DNA from: Podarcis vaucheri
Lineage: Eukaryota
DNA length: 64,000 bases
NCBI GenBank assembly: GCA_965113315.1
Contig: OZ220364.1
Direction: 5' to 3' (one strand)
Shown here: positions 24,195 through 37,191 of the stretch, piece after piece
How positions within the stretch are numbered: the first letter of the stretch is position 1
How the letters are laid out: the number at the start of each line of letters is the position of its first letter
Notes under the pieces: model-generated
The model's input: the letters and a program-made list of their open reading frames with translations, nothing else
What the model was told of the DNA's origin: nothing
Database searches by the model: none
Translations under genes and position numbers: made by a program

Positions 24195-27100
24195 ATATTT
24201 TACAAGCCAACATTTTATTTGTTTCATAAAACAGGTAAAATTTTATATTAATGTAAAACAGAACAAAATAAAAAACATACACACACACTACAGATCACGA
24301 TGCTAGAGAGTATTAACATGTAGAGAAGTGCAAACTTCCCTCCCCAAAGAATCTGCATTGAAAGTTCTATTACAGAGAGATTAAAATCTGGCTTGTTTGA
24401 GAATGTGATATACAGATCACTGTCATGAACCAGAAAAATATCAAGAAGTTTCAGAAATCTCAAAACTTTTTAAAAAGCTTTTATACAAAGAGGAGATGGG
24501 GAGGAGGACGGCAGCAAAGTTTCAATTAAAACATAAAATTTTCACTCCAATATAAAAAAAGAGCAAAGTTCTTGGTGAACACATAAAATTCTATAAAAAC
24601 TACCAACCATCTATTAGGGTCTTTTTCTCTCTCCATTTTTAAAAGTAGCATTAAAAAGGATAAAAAGTGCACAGACACCTTATAAGGCACAAACATATCT
24701 TCTGAACAGATACTTTTCTCAAAACGAAACAAAAAAAGCAATAGCAAGAACAAGTTGCTAAATAGCCTCTACTTCCTAAAAGTTGTCTGTCAGAGTTTGA
24801 GAATTCCTTGTGAGACTGGAATAAGTAAAGCTGCATGTCCATTAACGCTGCTTCCCCAGCTTGCTTCACAGCAACACTTAGGCTGTGGACTTAACTCTGC
24901 CTAAGAAAGCCCATGTCAGATGCTGCTCCTTTTGGGCAGTCTGTTCCCAACAGAAAAGATTAAACACCACATGTCCTTTCCTCCACTTATTTTGAACTAT
25001 CATAGGTCTACAAATTTCTTTTCAAAATACCATTGCAGTTGGAAGCTAGTAAAGTAAAAAGGCACACCTTTCCAAGATCACTTGTAGCACAACTTGCCAA
25101 TGCAGAAGTCAGCTCCGTTGAGACTAATGGGACTTACTGCCAGGTGTATGTGGTGTATAGGCTTCTGTTTGGAAACTAGTTCTAGCCCAAAGGTATCTAA
25201 GGGCAATGCCTAGGGGGTGTTTTGCTATGACACCAAAAAGGGGATGGGAACAATCCAACCCCAAGTTACCCAGGGAGTTGGGAGTAGAATGGAAGGTAGT
25301 GATCAGTACTGATCAGCAAACCCACTGACTACAAAAATTGTCACCCTTCCTTAAAATTACATCTCTGCAAAAGTGTAAATTTGTTGACTTCTTTCTGGTA
25401 AGCTTCTCCAGAGCTTAACTCTAGCTGCAGTGATGGCAGCTGCGACGAATAAATTTCATTCAAATTAACTCTGTGATTCATAGTTATGTCTCTCAGTGGC
25501 ATCTTAGGTGAGCAGGATGGAATTGAGGATGGAATTGAGATGCTAGGAATATATTCATGCCTTGTCCCCAGCAAACATCTGGCACTGTGGTCATGCGCAA
25601 CTAGCAGCACCTGAAATAGAGTGAGCGGAAAGACCCCCTTGGAACACATGTCAGTAAGTGGGCAGCCCCTTCCATGTTGACTCAGCTTCATAATAAGGAG
25701 GTAAGAAGTTTTGCTTTACACAAGTATCTCTATGAAGTATTAACGGCAAATAGCAAGACAGCTCCATGTTGAAAAATAACTTTTGGAGGATCTGCCTTTT
25801 GTGCACAGAGCTTGACGGCAGTGCCAACAATGGCAATTAACTTAGCAGGTGATTAAATAATTGCAATCAGCTGAGTGGCTTTGCCCTTTCTCTCTGCTTT
25901 TTAACATATTATTGTGCAACTAGTAGCCCAAGTTAAATCTGCTCCCTTTCTCAATTCAAGCATCACATCTCCTCTGCCCCCTAAACTTTTCAGCTGTCCA
26001 TCATTAACATGCACAACAGGGTCAGAAGCTGACACCAGCAAAAGCTGATTGTGGAGGTCAAGAAATGCAAAGATCCACTCTTTAAGGTGGATGCAACAAC
26101 CTGGAATCATCTTGTGATGGGCAGTGTTACTTGCTTTAACAATGCTGCTTGCATAATGCCTCCCATGTTGTGCAGTTATAGCATTATCTTCATTATTAAT
26201 TGTCTCCTCCATGGTTATAGACTACAGCTGACGGTGCAAAAATTAAATGTAAATGCTCATGGAGATTCTTAATCACTGACTAGGACTCCTGTTTGGTTTT
26301 AGGAGGCCTCAGTTACTTATCTCATCACAAAGCAGTTGCATTCCATGTAGGCAAAAGTTGTTTATAGAGTAACTGATGGCATTTTTAAACTAACCTCGCT
26401 GCCCTTCACATTTCCGTATGGTAATTAGGATACTCAAAACTATTGTAAAGTTACTGGAAGTCATCGTGCACCACAGTGTTGTCCCAAACCACTCTAAAAT
26501 GGAAAAGAAACAGGCTTTCCTGTTGACAAAGATATTATCTGCACCTTAAAGAAAACGGAAACTCATCTGTCTTGTTTGATGCCTTTCCTTATGCAATATG
26601 TAACTGTAGCCAGTGGCAATTTAAGACTGCTAGGATTGTGTCATTGGCATTCATTGGCTTCCAGTGCAGCCCACAAGCGATGCTAGTGCAGCAACTTTGC
26701 CAGGAGCTAATGGTTAGAAAAGCATTTAAGCTAAAGACAGAGGAGAAGAGAGGCTCAGCTACCCAATGAGGTACAGCTACCATGTTGCTCAAAGGACTAT
26801 GAGAAGCTTAGTCCACACATTTTTGTCTACAAAGCACTCCGTATTCCCTAAACAGAATTCGTCCCTCTAAAGCCATTGCTGTCTTCCACCTTAAACTATG
26901 TATTATTTTCCCCACTAAGATCCACATTTATGGCCAAAATTTGCACTGGCTTACATTTCCCTTATTGACAGCACAGCATATCAAAGTATGCTGTTGAAAA
27001 GGAAAACTGCCTTCTTCCTGCTAGAAGGGCCCCATAGGCTCAGAATAGCTGTTTTATGGAAAAGAATGCAGCCATATATTGGGGCTGAGAATGGCTCCTA

Positions 27101-28720
27101 GCAGGCCCCCAAGGGTCACAAGTAAGCATTTCTGCCCTGGAAAGACCTACAAGTTGTTCCACCACAGTAGATCCTAGGATTTCGTCATAAATCAGATAAA
27201 ACATCAGGATTACAGCTTTGGAGCATCTGTTGCACAATGGAATTGAATGCCTCTATTGAGGTGGAAGCAGCAAAAAGCCTGCTCTGAATAAATTCTACTG
27301 CTTTTAGATGGCAATGGGACAGGTTGCCTATGGGCAACTACAGTTGTGTGCACTGTAGGATGCTGCTGCCACACAAAGACTGAGCAAGGAAAGAGATCGG
27401 CAGATAGGTCAAGCAAAGTTGCTTTATTGCTTGCATGGCACCTCTCCCCTAAAGCCCCAAGACATTTCACATCCCATTCAGGCTAGTGTAGAGTTCAGAG
27501 GTTCCTATAACCACAATCAAAATGCATTTATCTTAAAAGCCGGAGCATCTAATAATAGCTTGCAAATTCTTTTTCCAACAAACAATGCCAAGAAAAGGGC
27601 TTTTAAATTTCAGTAAGATGCCTCTATTGTGGAGTAGATGACAACTTCCTGGAGAGGAAGAAATGAGAGATTCCACATGGCTGCATACTTTACTGACAAA
27701 ATCTCTGGGGAGTAATAGAGGAAAACATCCATCAGCTGTTTGCACAAATTTCAAGAGAGGGAACTCTGGACGTTTGAAACCTAACAGTCCCCCCCCCCAT
27801 CAGCTTTCTTTCTTTGTAGCTTGGTTCTAAGCATGGTTACTTGCTGTGACGCTTCAGAACCGCCATGCAAGAAGCTGCTTCTCTTGTGCATGCAGAGGCT
27901 TACTCCTATCAATACGTTAACATTCTCCAGCTACAGAAGTGCTTCACAGTTGCTCAGTGCAACAGGAAGCTTCAATCTGTGACTTACAAAGGAGGAAAGT
28001 GGGATTGTTTACTTGCTGTGTTCCAAGGACATTGATAGCTTTTTCTTCACTATTCCTCATACCTGCTTCCCCTGTTGAACCATGAATGAGAAAAAGTGCC
28101 TTGAAGGAAGCAAATGTCATCCATTGCCTATTCCCCACAATTTTTACAAGATGACAGGAGTCATTTCACTCCACAGTGCCTCTGTTAAATCTTCCCCATA
28201 TATTTCCTCCCTGTTTGAAATTGCCTGAGTGCTGTTTCAGCAATTAAACTGCCTAATTCAATAAATATCCCATGATTATGGTGGGGGGAGGTGCCCAAAA
28301 TTATTATTATTAATTCAAACAATTGTTTTTTCTCCAGTACTTTCCGCCCAAGTGGGGTTCACTGTCTATTTTATGTTATTTTCTTTTGCTGGGTGGGGAT
28401 AGACTCCTCATGGCAAAGGTACTTACAGCTCAACCCCCACCCCTACCTTAACCCAGCAGAGCAGCATCTTGATGAAGCTCTTCCCACTCAGCAGCTGTAC
28501 CTTCGGCATCTACAAGGACCAGAGTGTTTCCCAGATCACTTAATTATCCCTGATTGGTTCCTACTGGTCAAAACACGGAAATATAGACAAAAGAGCCACT
28601 CTGTAACCAGCACAATAACCCATAAGCGGTGACGGTAAGTTGTGGCAATGAGTAACAGCATTCTTCCTCCTGCCCCCTCGCCCCCTCCACACACACCCTC
28701 AGGCCAGCTGGAAATGGGGT
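24195..28720 (-). other. NEURL1B: Probable long NEURL1B 3' UTR (about 4.5 kb)
   Basis: Lies between the stop codon and the candidate AATAAA; poor in recognisable TEs. The 3' end is inferred. Confidence 0.55.
24214..24219 (-). terminator. Candidate polyadenylation signal of NEURL1B
   Basis: + strand tttatt (AATAAA on -) at the end of a strongly U-rich minus-strand block (about 24200-24750) typical of a distal 3' UTR. Confidence 0.6.
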
Positions 28721-28965
28721 TTAAGGGCGGTAGATTTTAATAATGTCTTTGATGACCCGTCGGCAGATTGGGCAGCAGGCATTGAGTTGTTTCTTCAGCT
28801 TAAGACCACAGGTGTTGCAGAGGCACATGTGTCCACAGGTGTAGATCACCACGTCCACCTCGTTGTCAAAGCAAACGGTGCACTCGCCATTCTTGCTGCT
28901 TGACGGCTCCGGAGGTGGGAACACGGGAGACACTGGAGGGCTCAGAGGTGAACTTGGAGCAGTCA
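28721..28965 (-). CDS. NEURL1B: NEURL1B terminal coding exon: C3HC4 RING finger, stop
   Basis: ccttgcag acceptor on -, phase 1. [14 protein letters not shown]...[56 protein letters not shown]. Confidence 0.97.
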
Positions 28966-30331
28966 CTGCAAGGAATGGGGAACAGAGAAACCTCGAGTCA
29001 GAACCACTTCCCTTTAATCTGAGCCTCTTATGTCAGGCAGCAAAGAAAAAAGGGGAACGCAAAGGGTTGCTTCCTTTAGACAAAAGTGCTATGAAGAAAA
29101 AGGTCTGGGGGATGTTTTAAAACCAGCAACACTTTGACACAAGAGAGGGAACAGCAGAACTCAAGAAATGTTTGCATATATACCCTTTGTGGGAAGCAAA
29201 ACCTCTTTCAAACAGTTGGTTTTTAAAGACCAAAGACATGCAGTATGACTTGCATGGGGTGCTGCTAGATAGACTTTGTCTATCATGATTTGTCCCTGCT
29301 GTGGCTTTTGCAGGAACCACTTATCCATTCCGTTTCGCTGCCTGGCAGTCATACCAGCTGCGGTAACTTTCTGAATATGGTATTTGCAAGGGGTGGGGTA
29401 CTTTCTTTAAAAGTCCAAGTGCATAGCAGAATATTCAGGTGAATTTTATATAGCAGCACATAAAACTTATCGCAGAAACAAGCTGGCTTCTTTAAAAATT
29501 ATTTACAGTAACTGGAACAGCAGCTCTGTATTTAATGAATGGGATTTGGGGCTGATCGTAGCTACCTGGCATTAATATTTGTATGGTCGGAGATTTAATA
29601 ATGAATTCAATAAATAAAAGTACTAAGAAAATGTTTTCAATCATATACTTTGTATTCTAAAGCTCCATTAATAGAATCCTATAGCATGAGCTTTGAACCA
29701 GCAAAGGATGTTTTACCAGCTCTTAATATTTCTGGAGCAGAGTAGCTCATGGTGATAGATTAAGCAGTATTGGCTTTCATCCGGCTGTGGTTCAGTGGTT
29801 GTGAAGTCCATATTTCACTTATCAATAGGAACTTTAATCCTTTCAGGATTTCAGTAGCGCCATGTGGAGTGACAGTTGAATTTTGGGTTGTTGTTTTTTT
29901 AATACAAATGATTTTGTATTGCATTTCATGTTCTATCTACCCTGGTTCTGCAAAACACACACGTTGCATAGCATAGGACAGCTCTTCATACACAAGGTCA
30001 TTTCTTGTTACAAATGTCACATGGGGATCATATGACCCCAACCAAGGGAGCCCCTTCTGGAGCAGTTCATGAAACCACTGTGGGAATAGACCAGGGCTGA
30101 GGAACCTGCGGCCCTCCTGATGTTGGACTCATGACCATTTCCATCATTTCCACCCATTGGCCATGCCTGCTGGGGCTGATGAGAATTGGCATCCACCAAA
30201 GATTCCCCACCCTTGAGAGAGACAAACAATGGCTCTGCGGGAGCACTGGGGCAGCACCTTGCTCCCCTTCCCCTAGAACAGGCTGCCATGCAATGGTTTT
30301 CCTGTTCAGGTAAAGTGGGGCATCTACTCTT

Positions 30332-30538
30332 GGGAGCCAGCGTGGTGTAGTGGTTAAGAGCAGTGGACTCATAATCTGGTGAACCGGGTTCACTTCCCCG
30401 CTCCTTCACATGCAGCCGCTGGGTGACCTGGGGCTAGTCACACTTATCTGAAGTATCTCAGCCTCACTCACCTCACGGAAGGGAAAAGGAGATTAAGGGG
30501 AGTGAAAGGCGGGATATCAACTCCAAACTCCTCTTCTT
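30332..30538 (+). mobile_element. Squam3-like SINE with two internal deletions
   Basis: Aligns to 4914-5153 but lacks segments of about 20 bp and about 22 bp in the 3' half. Confidence 0.8.
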
Positions 30539-30603
30539 ACTTATCATGCCATAGAGTTCTGGGTGTGACAGGTTTGTAAAGTAGCTTTAGTTTCTCTAGG
30601 CTT

Positions 30604-30743
30604 CACAGAATTGTAGAGTTAGAAGGGACCATGAGCATCATCTAGTCCAACCCCCTGCAGGGCTGGAATATTTTGCCCTATGTGGGGCTCAAACCCACAA
30701 CACTGAGTTTAATAGTCCCATGCTCTACCGACTGAGCCATCCC
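30604..30743 (-). mobile_element. tRNA-Lys-derived SINE with CR1-type tail (P.s.1/SINE-like of lacertids)
   Basis: Minus strand: gggatggctcagtcggtagagcatgggact...gtgggtttgagccccac head, then gggggttggactagatgat...ggtcccttctaactctacaattctgtg CR1 3' end. Confidence 0.8.
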
Positions 30744-31047
30744 TCAGGGAGGAAGATATAACAGATATTTCCTACTGACAGCAACAGGTCATTTGTTACT
30801 CTCAGGGTTTCCATCTGCTTGCATTAAAGTCTAACACAACCCCAACAGCAGCTTTAGGAAATCTGGACGCTCCTCTGTCCCAGGAAGAAAGAGGAAGTTC
30901 GGCACACACTGCGCAAGTTACGACATGCCTCATTCAGGCAAAGCAAGACTCAACTTGTAAGGTCTGGCTCATAACTTTTGGGCAGGGTGAAATGTGTGTA
31001 TTCAAGCAACAAGAGTGCAGGAGGCACAAAGCGAAAGGGTCCCTTAC

Positions 31048-31173
31048 CTAGGGATGACTCAGAAGCGGAAGAAGACCTGTTCACGCTGAAAGCCATATCT
31101 GAGTCACTGTCATATTGGGAGCCTCCAGGGGATCCTGAGGGAGAGACTGTCACAGGGCTGGACTGCACAGTGC
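31048..31173 (-). CDS. NEURL1B: NEURL1B coding exon 4 (Ser-rich linker)
   Basis: ttttcag acceptor, gtaagg donor. 126 nt, phase 1-1. GTVQSSPVTVSPSGSPGGSQYDSDSDMAFSVNRSSSASESSL. Confidence 0.96.
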
Positions 31174-32278
31174 CTGAAAATACAAAATAACAGGTTCCGT
31201 CAGCTTCAGAGGTGGGGCAGGAATCTCTCAGGCAAGCAGTGCGGAACTGAGTCTACCCTGGGACAACACCGTCCATTTCATCTCCACAACAGACTTACTG
31301 TGTAATTGGGAACTTGGTATTTTGTAATACTTATTAGCAGGTTGATTTGTTTAAAGAAAATGAGCTTCCTCTGGTTCCAAGCTTGCCTTAACTGCCTTGT
31401 TAAAGCTCACTCTATTCCCACTCAATTCAGATGTTTGCCCAATTCAGGGGCAAAAATCTTACTGGCAAGATCCAACCAGGAGGTTGAAGACCAGTGGTGG
31501 AGACTGTCTAGAACATGGGCCCATGAGGCTGTTTTGACCAAGCCACACCCACCTGCCCCTACACCTGACATCATACATGTGGGGTATGTGGTTTGGCCCA
31601 AAGCAGGGTTTGCAGGCATCACCAATCTGAAGAAAAGGAAAAGAGGGTCCTGTGAATTCTACTTACAAAGGACCTTGCAAACAGGAAATTAGGACCCCAA
31701 GAAAGATGTCAAGTTACTAAAATACAGTCTACCCCCACCTAGCCAAGAGGGTGCAGCCAACTGAGAGTGATGCCTACGAAGTCAGGATAGCTAAATGGAA
31801 CTTCCCTGCTCAGAAGTGGTACGTGTATCCAGACCAGAAGCTGAGAACAAAGTGAGAGTGGAATGTAGCCATAATCCTCATGCCCTGCTTGGCTGCTTTT
31901 TGGCAAGAGAATGCTGGAGCAGAGGAATCTTGGGCTGATTGTGCAAGGCAATTCTGATGTTCTGAATTATGGGAGTACAAGCAGCCCTATTCCAAAGCAA
32001 TGCTAGTTTTCAGCCAGGAATATAAAACTCAAGTAGTGATCAGACCTCTATATTGGCAAAACGGCCCATAGGCTGGTATGTGACCAAAAAGGGGCCTGGT
32101 GGTGGTACAAGAGGGCAGTCTGCATCTTTGCAACTGTGCCAGGGCCACTGAAGCTGCTTACAGCACTGGCGTAACATTGAGCCATACACCAGGGCCTACC
32201 TGAGAGTTCTAGTCAGATGTGATCGAGAGCCCTCTCTGCTCCATCGCATGGATCACATAGGCTTGTAGAAACAGTATA

Positions 32279-32519
32279 CAATGGTACATCTAGTTACAAA
32301 CTTAATTCATTCCACAGGTCCATTCTTAACCTGAAACTGTTCATAGCTAGAGGCGTGCTTTCGCTAATGGGGCCTCTTGCTGCTGCTGTGCCGCTGGCAC
32401 ACGATTTCCGTTCTCATCCTGGGGCAAAGTTCTCAACTCGAAGTAACTCTAGCAGGTTAGCAGAGTTTGTAACCTGAAGCGTTTGTAACCTGAGGTGTTT
32501 GTAACTCGAGGTACCACTG
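32279..32519. mobile_element. Tc1/mariner (Tigger/pogo-like) MITE, second copy
   Basis: TA-caatggtac...gaggtaccactg-TA; homologous to 9286-9511. Confidence 0.83.
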
Positions 32520-32808
32520 TAGAACAGTATGCACATTTACCAGCTTCAGTTTATGAAAAAGTACATGCAAGTTGCCAGACAAGCGGCAGAGTCATCTGGT
32601 TTTGACCATCTCCCCAAATATAAGATCATGCTTCAGCAATGCCAATGCAAGGCACAGCTGGTGGCAACAAGGGTTTAGTTGGCCTATAAAATGCCACAGA
32701 GAGAGGCAACAGCCCACTGAAGCCAGGGAGAATGTAATGCCTCTCCAAAGCCGTAAAGAAATCTCAGCTTTACACTACACTACACCCATATTTCTGAGCT
32801 GCACTTAC

Positions 32809-33516
32809 CTAATATTTTGAGTTGATTGATTACACCATGGATCGTGAAAAATACCCACAGTGACTGCGAGGTATCAACGCACATCAGCATCCCACGGTTG
32901 ATCCCGTTTATTCCATGGTGCACTTCTCCATTTGGCAAGACCACAAAGCTGAGGATGTCCCCATTGTTGAGGACTGGGAAACCTCGGCAAACCACCCAGT
33001 ATTCCTTGCGATCCAGAAGGAAGTCTGGATCCGCTGGGAGCTCATTTGTTCGTAAAGTACCAGGATCACAAGAAGTGATGCCAAACGTGAGGGCTCCATA
33101 GTACGGCAGCCCCAGGTGTCCAACTTCCACAAAGAGGCTTTCGCCAATGTGCAAAGGCCGGTCGGAAAACACCAAAGTCCTATTGCTCTCTTGCCAGTTG
33201 GTGCAGGCAGACATCCGGTCCTGAGAAAAGTTAATGTCGGGCCCATGAGTAGGGTGGAAACGCAGATCTGTATCGAGAAAGGCAGGCACCACTTGGGCAA
33301 GCTGCCGCCTGCTTGGACAGCAAGGGATGGTGTGGTTATCTGTCGGCAGCGCAGGCATACGGCTCAAGTTCAGATTAGCAATTTTGGCCACCACCTGGTT
33401 GTTCTCCAGTTCGTTGTTGTTGAAGTTGGCTGAGTCGTGGCTGCTCTGTGGAAGGCAAGTGCTGAGTCGTGCATTGCTGAGACGGGTGGAGGTCATCGTC
33501 TCGGCAAACATGCTGT
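32809..33516 (-). CDS. NEURL1B: NEURL1B coding exon 3 (NHR2 domain)
   Basis: cctcacag acceptor, gtaagt donor. 708 nt, phase 1-1. DSMFAETMTS...NELENNQVVAK...DLRFHPTHG...LVFSDRPL...FGITSCDPG...LLDRKEYWVV...QLKIL. Confidence 0.97.
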
Positions 33517-36500
33517 CTGTGAGGCAATGACAAGGAAAAGCTGTATGAGAGGCAAGCTGAAAATGGCAGCCGACCCTGGCTTGATCGTTGCTTTTTGGCC
33601 CCTCCTTCATCATACTTAAAACATCAAATATGATACTTTTCCTAGTCCAATTGTGTTTGCAATTAAAGTGGGCAAAAGGAACATAAAGAAAGAAAAATCT
33701 ATCTGGAAACACAGAATTTTCAAGGTAGATAGGAATTCTTCCATCAAACAAAGCACCACCAGTATTTGCTCTTCTATGGGAGCGCTGTCCAATGGAACAC
33801 CGCACTACAAGCTGGTTGCCCGATGCAGGGGCCTCTCTTCCTTTCAGACTTGCATTTGGTGCTCACCAAAAGAGACCTGTTTCTGTTCACTGCCTCACTC
33901 AATTGCAGAAAAGCAGATTCTACAAGCTACACTACCTACTTGAGAGAATAAATATTCCTTCCTCGTCTCATCTCTCTCATACCTCCGCACCCCCACCCCG
34001 TCCTTGCCAATTTAATTCATGTAAGAGAGACTGGAAAGAGAATGCATTCAATCACTTTAGACCATTAATAATAAATTGTGTGTAATGTACTTGCATGCTA
34101 AAATAGCAGTAGTGACCTTTAAAAAAATGTTTCAAAGCATACTAGACTATTTGTTACTGACAGGCTATGTGAACAAGCGACAAACTCTCTCCCAGCACAA
34201 CATCCCATCTGATAGCCCCCAATCTAAACAAAAAAACATAAAAACCACAAACATTTCTAGCCCCAAAGCATAAAACTAGAAGCACATCACTCCATATGAA
34301 CCATTCCCCTGTATAGTTATTGAGAGTTGATAATGAGAAAAAGAATGGGTATGAGGAAAGCAAAGGGCAAGATACTTCGGCAAATTTTGATTCAGGACAT
34401 TCAGATTTCTAAAAGGAAGAATCATCATAAGATTATTTTCCCCAAGTCTTAGATCTATAATCTGGGGGCCACTACCTGGACAGTAATTCATGCTGAGATC
34501 ATGGCATGACTTGTGGATGGCAGCTTAAGGCTGCAGTACTGTGTGTGCTTACTTAGGAATAAAACACACTGAATTAAGTGGGATTTACTTCTGGGAAAAC
34601 GTACACAGGTTTACACTGTTAAACTTGATTTTAAGTTACACATAGCTCTGCTGCATTTGCATGCATTTTAGCCTCCTTAAAAGTGGAAATGTATTGAAAA
34701 TTTATCTGAAGTGCTTAAAGTTGACTATCAATGCAATATATGGAAAAATCAAACGTATAAACAGCTTTCAATTTTGATTAGCCACATAGCTTTTCTTGAC
34801 AGAAGGAATCTGGGAGGGGGTGTTAAAGTAAAGCCTGCCTTCCTCCTCAGGATCTCAAGTAGCCAGTTCAATATCTCAAAGGAGTGGCTTTCTCTAATTG
34901 CTTAAGTCATAAAAGCTTCACATCTACAATGTTGAGTTGATATAATGAATTTGTACATAGTGCATCCTGCTTTGTGAAGCATCTACAGTTCTATATTTGG
35001 GTCTTCCAGCCACTCCCCAATTACTGACACTACAAAAGTGATCCAACTTGACCCTCACTTTCTCTTACATTTCTACCTGTAAAATGGTAATAACAGTGAT
35101 CTATTTCATATGGATGCTCTGAAGGGAAAGATGCGGCCAAGCACTGTTGAAGGCTCTGATCAAAATTTAGCAAGAGTTAAGTGCTGTTATGCTCATTTAT
35201 TTTAATGGGCTTTTGGCACACTGTCCAAATTAATTGACTGTGGCCAGTAAGTGCTATAGCACATTGTACACTATAGTTCTACAGACTACAGGGGGAGAGA
35301 GAAATGGCCTGGTTTCTACCTGCTGCCTCCACTGACAAGCTAGCCATTGTATAACTCACTTCCTAGGAGCTGTGCCCCTTCAACTCTACCCAGGGTTATA
35401 ATGCAGGATCTAGCACACCACAGACCATAGCTTTCTGACAAGGCTTAGTAGGACACAGGCAAACTCAAGTGAAAATGTAAAGACAATTTTCAGAATCATG
35501 CTAGGTCTTGGTATGGCATAAATACCCATATGCAAGGCAGAGAATAAATTTCAATAGCCTTTTGGCAAGGCACTTAAAACTAGGTAAAAGGGGCAATGGC
35601 TAATAACATACTATTCCTAGGTGTTTGTTTAATTTTAAGCCGAAAAAGTGTCCCTTGTTTGGGGTGTGGAAGGACATGGAAAGGGAGCCTAAGAATTTGG
35701 GGAGGTGGGGAAAGGTTGTGGTGGTGGTTTTCAAAATTTTAAGCACCCCAATTTAAACCGTGCCTACTTAAGAATGATTTGAACTATTTTCCATTAATGC
35801 ATTCATTATGTCATTATTGCTGAAGCTACGTTATCTTTAACAATCATGTCCACAATTAAGATGACAGGAATGCCAAATCTGTCCTTTGAAGTCAACTGTA
35901 GAGCTGCAGATATGTGCAGTAAACCAATACCAAAAAGGGGGGGAGGGGGTTGTGACAGCTTTATTCAGATAACCCCGGAGTACACCAGATGCATGTATTA
36001 GTGCTCATGTTCTGAGAACACTGGAGGCAGCAGATTACATCACAGGCAGCATCCAAGATCCCTAGTGCTTTGTAAACACATACTATCAGGCTTGTCTATA
36101 AGGACAAAAATAAGTCCACAATCATGGCTCATTGAGCTGTACTTCTAGGTACGACAACTGAAGACAAGCCATCACCTGAACTCTACAGGACAAGGTGATA
36201 AATCAAGAGCGAGGAATCTCTTGCCTGGACGGAATAGATTCAAGAAGAGGAAAAACCCAATGCTTTGGAAAAGCTTCCAAACTCTTGGAAAGAGAATTAC
36301 GACATTGCTGCCCTCGCTGGAGTCCTCTGATAAGCAGAGAAGCTGGCGTTTCTCTTGTGTCAAGGTGCTGTGCTTTCTAAAAAACCCCGATAGGGCAGGA
36401 ATGCCACATGAGAGGCTCTAAGTGGCCGTCACAGGAGATAATGATTATAAAGCCTGAGCTGGAGAGGGAGGATGAGTCATGGCACTGCATGGTACACACA

Positions 36501-36867
36501 GCTGGCAATCTGTGGAGCCAATGCAAGGGGAAGAGGCCTCAGGTCATTGGCTTGGTCTCCTTGGTTGTGGGGCTCACAGATCCAAAAGTTAAAAGCTATC
36601 TCACACCAAGGGCACCAGTGCAACAAACACACCTGCAGTTTTATCAAGCAAGCTTATGTAATAGGAACAGGCTACCAACAGAAATACTATGAGCAGTTTC
36701 TGGCATTGGTTTCAAATTTCTGAAGTGCTGGCATATTAATTTAGGCATATTAATTTAGGGGGGAAAATATCTGTTGCCAGCTTATCTGCCCCATGGTGCA
36801 ATCAAATTTAACCACGAGGGAGCAGAATGCCCACCTGAAGATTTCACATTTGCAAGCAGGGGCTTGC

Positions 36868-37025
36868 TTATTTCATTTATTTATTACATTTACATTCCAC
36901 CTTTCCTCCAAGAGCTCATGGTGGCACACCTGGTTCTTTCCTTCTCCATTATTATCCTCACAGCATAGGCTTGGCAGAGAGACCGTGAGCTTCATACCTA
37001 AGTAGGGATTTGAACCCGAGTCCCA
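36868..37025 (-). mobile_element. Old degenerate SINE fragment
   Basis: (TAAA)n-type tail and a B-box-like ctcgggttcaaatccc on the minus strand. Confidence 0.5.
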
Positions 37026-37191
37026 GTAACAGTGACTGGATGAAAATGAAAATGCAAGCTTAGTACCTGGGCTTTACACTTTACAACATAAGCACCACTA
37101 CCTACCTCACACAGCTTTTTCTGAGAGAAGGGGAATATGACAAGAGGGTCTATGCAGAAGATTTTTTTAAAAACAGACCATATACACCTAC

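Noticed and set aside
30670-30743. tRNA-Lys-like sequence (also tRNA-like heads at 4914, 7985, 9823, 30332 and about 57465)
   Set aside because: Degenerate cloverleaf fused to SINE bodies or tails; these are SINE heads, not tRNA genes.
33517-33805. N-terminal extension of the 341-aa ORF 32780-33805
   Set aside because: Intronic read-through upstream of the clear cag acceptor at 33517-33519; similarity to NEURL1B starts at DSMFAE.
36730-36757. Small tandem duplications (14 bp here; similar ones near 15270, 25515, 47420 and 56337)
   Set aside because: Ordinary replication-slippage products with no further structure.
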